Assembly (NCBI RefSeq): GCF_009914755.1 | Contig: NC_060936.1 | Length of the DNA: 64,000 nt | Strand: one strand, 5' to 3' | DNA from: the human T2T-CHM13v2.0 reference genome, Homo sapiens | Part shown: positions 47,495-64,000 of the stretch, piece after piece | How the letters are laid out: the number at the start of each line of letters is the position of its first letter | Numbering within the stretch: position 1 is the stretch's first letter | Program-made: the position numbers and the translations under genes | Notes under the pieces: model-generated | Seen by the model: the letters and a program-made list of their open reading frames with translations, nothing else | What the model was told of the DNA's origin: nothing | Database searches by the model: none

Positions 47495-49400
47495 CTGGGG
47501 AGAGTGGGAGACCTGTACCCCCTATTCCCAAGGGATGCTACTTCCATCGTCCACACCATCACCCTCTACCACCTTTCTAGGCTGGGCTGTCTCTAAGAGC
47601 CTCATCCAAAGGGACTCCCAACTCTTCATTGTTGCTGTTATAGAAGGTTTGACTACCCTAGGGAGAATCACCAGAGAATAGTGAGCAGAGCCCCTGAAAT
47701 AGAGACTGACACATGCCCTAATACATACCTGATGACGGACACATTCAGATCTGCATACTTGCACACACACAAGGTGACACATAATTCATACACATTTGTA
47801 CTATGCAGGCATCCATATTGACACACACTGATATATACATATACAGATAATGCTTACCCCAAGACACCCTAACCCCCAATCATAAAAATGCACACACCAG
47901 TATATATATACATGCATACAGACTCACAGCCACCTAGAATACTCCCCACATGGACTCACAGACTCCCATCAACACACGTATCTACACATGTGGCAAATGT
48001 CACATACATATACCCAGGGCTACCATTACAACTTTACAGCCCTGGAGATCTCTGTGGTCTCCTAAAGGGCATTTGGGAACCCCTCTCCCTATAAGGATCT
48101 GGAGATAAGGGTGATATGGAGGCCACTGCCAGTCCTGCAAATTGCTGCCTCCAACTCCTACTAGTATAAGAAGTTCCAGTGTACCTTTAGGTACTTTTGA
48201 TCCAATACTCCACACACACACCAGAGTTCAGAGACCCAGATGGCCCCAGCGAACTCCCTGGTCCTGGGGAACCCCAGCATCCCTACCCCCACCCAGGCCC
48301 CCGCTGCTCTGCGGCCCCGCTGACTCATCTCTCCCTCTGTGGAGCTCCCCAACCACAGGGGCCTGGAAGAGAAGCTTGGAAAGTTGCGCTCATGTCCCGG
48401 GCCCCTGGTCTGGCCACTACCCGCCCATGCACCCAGCCCAGCCCTTGTCTCCAGTGGATATTCCAGCGACAGAGAACATAGAGGGGACAGGAAAGAAGAA
48501 GGCACGCAGAGACAGGGAAACAGAAAGACACAGGAGAGACAAAGAGGAAACAACAAATGGTGGGCATACAGATGAGAGACCCTGAGGATCAGCTACTAGT
48601 CTGTTGGGTCCTCTAAGAGCAATGGGGCTGATGACCAGGAAAGCTTGCTCCTTGGGTTGAAGGAACATCCATTCATGGCCTCAGGATTTAGAGACTGCCG
48701 AGTGCCTTGACCCAGCATTTCTGACACTAGGCTCAGGGTACTTGGGGAAGAGGATCCAATTTTAGGAGGCAAAGCTGAGGACACAGGGTAGAAAGGAAGC
48801 TTTTAAGAGGCTGGCAACCTTTGTATAGGACAGCTTGGAAAAGGAGTTCCTCACCCCAACAAATATGTACACAAATTTACAGGTACAGACAGACTACAAC
48901 TTCCCTCCCTCTCTGCTAGGTCTCCCCATCCCCTCTTCCAGCACCAGGGCTGCAAGGCAGGACCTCTGGGACTGACTCTGGCTCCCCTCTTCCCTGAGCC
49001 TTGGGTTCCTTCATTGACATTGAGCCCTGATATAATTCAGCAGCTTTAGGAGAGGCAGATCAGAATCAGAAACAGAAGTGCCATGGAAGGAGCAGGAAGG
49101 AATCTGGATGGCAGGGGACAAAGTGAAAAATGAAAGGAAGAGGAAGACTGGGGTCTGATTCTGAAACAAGGGGACCTGTCCTGGATGCCCGTGTCTAAAA
49201 TGGGACAACATTGAATTAAGTAAGAACCTGGTCATCTCTAGAAAATGACCCTTTGTAAAAACGATACCCTAGAATCTGATCCATGAAATATACTAGTGTC
49301 TTTCATAAGAAGAAGTTGGGGTGATGGAGTTCTGATCACATCATCCCTAGGAGTGAGGCTGAGCAACTCAAGGGAATGGTCCTTCAAAATCCTAAATACA

Positions 49401-51865
<2,465 letters not shown>

Positions 51866-52299
51866 TCAGATGTGAGGGGTGAGTAGTCACACATGACTTC
51901 CCTTGATCTGTGTGTTGATGTGTGCACTTGCACACAGGATATGCAGGCATTTTAGAGGTATCTATTCAGTTCTGAGAATGGCTCTTGACAGTTGCTGGAT
52001 CCGGCCAACAGTGAAGGGCCAGGGCAGTATCTGAGGACCTGGCCCTCAGTCTCCCAGAAGAACCCCCGCCTCTGCCCTCTGCCCCAATCCCTCCTGAACT
52101 ATTTCCTTTCCCCCTTTTCACCCATTTCTCCCTCTCCCCACCTTCCATCACCTCCCCTACATAGGAACCCGCTGTAAGTTATAAGCCTACCTAGGCCCAC
52201 TTTCCACCGCCTCAGTTAATGAAGGTCCTTGGGACTCAGCTACCAACATTAACACCTCCTCCCCACATAGCCTCAATGGGACGCCCCCCTCTGGATTTC

Positions 52300-53320
52300 A
52301 AAGCGCTGTTCAATGCCCCCATCCACCCCCACCTCGCGTGGACGTGTGAGGCAAGAAGGACGGTTGAAGCTGAGGCAGGATTTGGGGGTTCTTAGCCCCC
52401 AGCCACAGCTGTGGGGGAGATAGGCACCCTCAGAAGGACAGGACAGGTCGTGAGCTCCGGGGCTGCTGGGAGGTCTCTTGCGGCCTAGGCCAGGCTCAGG
52501 GCCGCCGGGGATCTCGCCTCCATCCCGTGCCTCAGTGTCCCGGCGCGGCCGAGGGGCGGGCGGCAGGGGGCGGGGCGCGGGCGGGGCCGGCCGGGCCAGG
52601 CGCCCGGGCAGGAGGCAGCTGCATATCTGCGGTCCCGACCACAATTGCTGGGAGTCGCGTCCCGGAGACTGGCGGCGCTGACTCTGCCCGCTGCGGCCGC
52701 CGCGCCGATTAGAGCCCGAGAGGGAGCGCCAGCCCGGGGGAGGGGGCGGCGGCGGGGGAACTCCGGATGCCCCTTCGCCTCCGCCCAGCCAGCGCCCCCC
52801 GCTGCCCGGCCCAGTCCTTTCTCAGCCGCCCGAACCCAGGACCGGAGTCCTGCCTCTTCCGCCGTAGCTTTCTCGAGGCTGCATCCAAGCTTCTTCCTCC
52901 GGATCTTGCAGTGCCCGAGGTCCCGACGGTGCCAACATCCCGTTGGCCCCCAGCCTGCCAGTCTCTCATGCCCTTTCTCTTCCCCATCACCCCACACAGA
53001 GAGGAGTAGGGATCTCAGAGCTCCCCCATTCTCTTATCCTCCGCTCCCCAATGCACTCTCTAAGCAAAAGCCGTTCCAAGCGAAGAAGAGAATCAGAGAC
53101 TCAGAGGACGGGCTTTCCAGGGCCGGAGCACCCCCTGCTGGCTGGCCCGAAGCCCCTCCCCCTCCCCCTCCAGCTGTGACCTCCAGCTGTGGTGGCTGGG
53201 AAGAGCTGGCCCCTTTGATCTAGGAGCGTGGCAACCCCCTCCAGGCGCCCCATTAACCTCCATTATCCCAATTAGGCAGCCCTCCCAGTCCTGGATCCAA
53301 GCTTCAAAGCCCCCTCAGTT
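52300..53320 (-). promoter_or_regulatory. SP7: CpG island, probable distal SP7 promoter/enhancer
   Basis: GC-box cluster 52550-52600, paired RUNX motifs 52628-52643, TCF motif 53212-53220, candidate donor GAG|GTGGGG at 52332. Assignment to SP7 is inferred. Confidence 0.6.
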
Positions 53321-54567
53321 GGGAGAAAAGGGAGCTGAATCGTATGCCCCCTACCTCCCCACCAAGCCACACCACTTTCAGACAAGACCCAGGTGCTCTG
53401 GTCTCCAGCTTGTGTACATGATAGCAGGGCCAGAAGAGGGACCCTCAGGGGCCACCCTCGTCCCAATACTGAAACTTCATTAAAAAGAGAAGCAGATAGG
53501 CAAGGGGACCCTCTTTTGCTGGCCCATTTTCCTGCATTCAGTGATTTCAGTGGCAGCATCCAGGTTCCTGGCTGACCTGAGCTTCCCATCAACTTATCCA
53601 GCTTTATCCTGTGGAAAGGGGAGCCAAGAACCAACCCACTCCTCCCTTAATCCTATCTCAACACTCCCTTCCTCCCTCCCTCCTGGAACAATTTCCGCTG
53701 GGGGAGCCAGAGCAGGGCCCAGCACAGTGGCCGCTTCCTGGAACATTTTCCTGTATCCGAAACCGCGGCTCCCTCCCTAGGGACCGGCTGATCAAGGCCA
53801 GATGGGAGAAGGGATGGGGGAGGAGGAGAGGGAGCCAGGCTCTCACCATCACCCCCTCCCAACACATAGGCACACCACAGGAGCCCCTGCCCTGACACAC
53901 AGAGGCTGACACAGGCACACACCACATGTCATAGTCACACCATGGGCATTCATGGGGACACATGAACCACAGAGGCCAGGTCTTAGAAGAAGTTAACACA
54001 CCCGTAGATGATCACCCTCTCTCTCTACCTGGCCCTCTAAAGGACCCTAAGGCCTTTCTTGCCAGATAAGGAGACCTTAGGAATCCAAGAACATTGGCAC
54101 AGGATAGCAGAAGGACCTCAATTAACAGAGGAGACAGACAGAGACATCTAATGTGCCCTGCCAGACAACACCCACCAACCATCCCATTCCAATTCTAGAT
54201 GGCACTCAGGCCTGCCTAACCCATCATCTCTCCAGGATCCTGGGAACTGGGGTAGAGGAAGGCTGTGGGAGCTTCTTCTCAAGTGCTACCTTCAGAGCAC
54301 TTTCTAGTTGCTTCCAGATTCTTGGAGAAGATGCATATGATGTCTAGTGGGCTCGCTCATGGCAGCCAAGGGACAAAGAAAGGGGAAGAATGTGTGCAGC
54401 TGCAGGGAGCTCTGGGAGCCTAGAGGAGGAAGGAGAACACCAGAGTAACTCCTGGAGACAGAGAGTAACCCTGGGGATTTTGTGGCCTTACTGGTGACAT
54501 ACTGCCCCAGCACTGCTCCTCCTGATCTCTTCTATCTCAGTCTTGGTGATTGAGAAGAAGAGGGTAG

Positions 54568-60243
<5,676 letters not shown>

Positions 60244-60515
60244 GACAGCTTTTTGTATTGTTTCTGTCTTGAAGCCCTCATGGTAGAGGTGCGCACCACA
60301 ATCTTTTCCGAGCTTAGGATCTTTAAGGGTCTTAACTCTATCCAATTCAGCATATTGGAAAACAGGAATGTCAAGGCGTGCTGCAAATGAGAAAGGATTC
60401 CACAAAAAGAAAACCCTCAGGGGAAAGGGCAGTGTGCAAAGAGCTTCTTCTACTCTTTTCTAGACAAGACCTTCCCTTGGGTCCACTGCCCTGGAGAATA
60501 AGAAAGGCTTGTTAC

Positions 60516-60532
60516 TACCACCAGGTGGCAGA
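60516..60532 (+). promoter_or_regulatory. CTCF-like motif
   Basis: TACCACCAGGTGGCAGA, near-consensus, in a unique island among Alus. Confidence 0.55.
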
Positions 60533-61242
60533 AGTGAGCCGCTCAACAACACCTATCACGGACTGCTTGGGGCTCATGGCTGGAGACAGAGTTTTGGTAC
60601 CTTTTTTGCAGGGGACAGTGGCAGAGTTGTCAGCGCTTGAGGCAAGGGCTGAGGTGGGAAAAAGTCTCAGAGTTATGGTACTTATTCTATCGTTCCCTAC
60701 AGTCTTGGTACAGAGAGGGCAAACACAAGGTATCCTGACTCCTAGTTAGAGTTCAGCAAGTGCTGGTCTATTTCTTGCCCCACTAGCCTACCTGATTGCT
60801 TTTCACAGACATTTCCTAAGCATTTACTGTGTGCCAGGTATGTGCTAGAAGTGTACAATATAACATTTAACAAGAAGTGTGCAACCTAGTGGAAGAGAGC
60901 TTGGTAAACACTACACTTGTATGATACTGAGAGGCAGTTTGAGTAGTGCTTAAGTACACTCCCTTGGAAGTCAGAGTAGGGTGTGAATTAAAGTGCCAAC
61001 GCTTGCTAGTTGCGCTATCTATCTGAGCCTCAGTCTCCTTGTGTATAAAATGGGGGTAGAAGACCTTCATAGTAGACTAAGATGATATATAAAAATTCAC
61101 TGCGTAAGGAGAAATACATAAAGGTCATTGCCTGCCACATGGCAGTTATTACAAAGGCCAATGCTGAGGTAGCAGTCCCCAGCTCAGTCTTGAGGAGACT
61201 TCCCAGAGAAGGGAACCACAGTGTAGAACTGTGAAGGATGAG

Positions 61243-64000
<2,758 letters not shown>

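Noticed and set aside
52273-53223. 170-192-aa ORFs in the distal CpG island
   Set aside because: Same GC artefact; no domain features.

Overview
Human (primate) genomic DNA, recognisable from the encoded proteins as the 12q13.13 locus. It contains the last four exons of ESPL1 (separase, +), complete PFDN5 (+, 6 exons, 154 aa), complete MYG1/C12orf10 (+, 7 exons, 376 aa), complete AAAS/ALADIN (-, 16 exons, 546 aa) and SP7/Osterix (-, 431 and 413 aa isoforms), followed by a ~10 kb Alu-saturated intergenic tract. I placed exon boundaries by hand from GT-AG sites; for the four complete genes the summed exons give intact ORFs. Most ORFs in the supplied track are Alu-derived or GC-rich noise. I see no CRISPR array, rRNA/tRNA or foreign insert, and no convincing novel protein system. 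The best second-look items are at RNA, regulatory and mobile-element level: (1) a U12-type intron in PFDN5 containing inverted Alus; (2) convergent MYG1/AAAS ends whose poly(A) signals sit 1-3 nt after the stop codons; (3) an open alternative AAAS C-terminus if intron 15 is retained; (4) an in-frame 438-nt AAAS exon 3-7 block bracketed by inverted Alus (circRNA candidate); (5) two hAT transposons sharing one target site; (6) two AluYa5 insertions; (7) CTCF, RUNX and TCF motif clusters around SP7.
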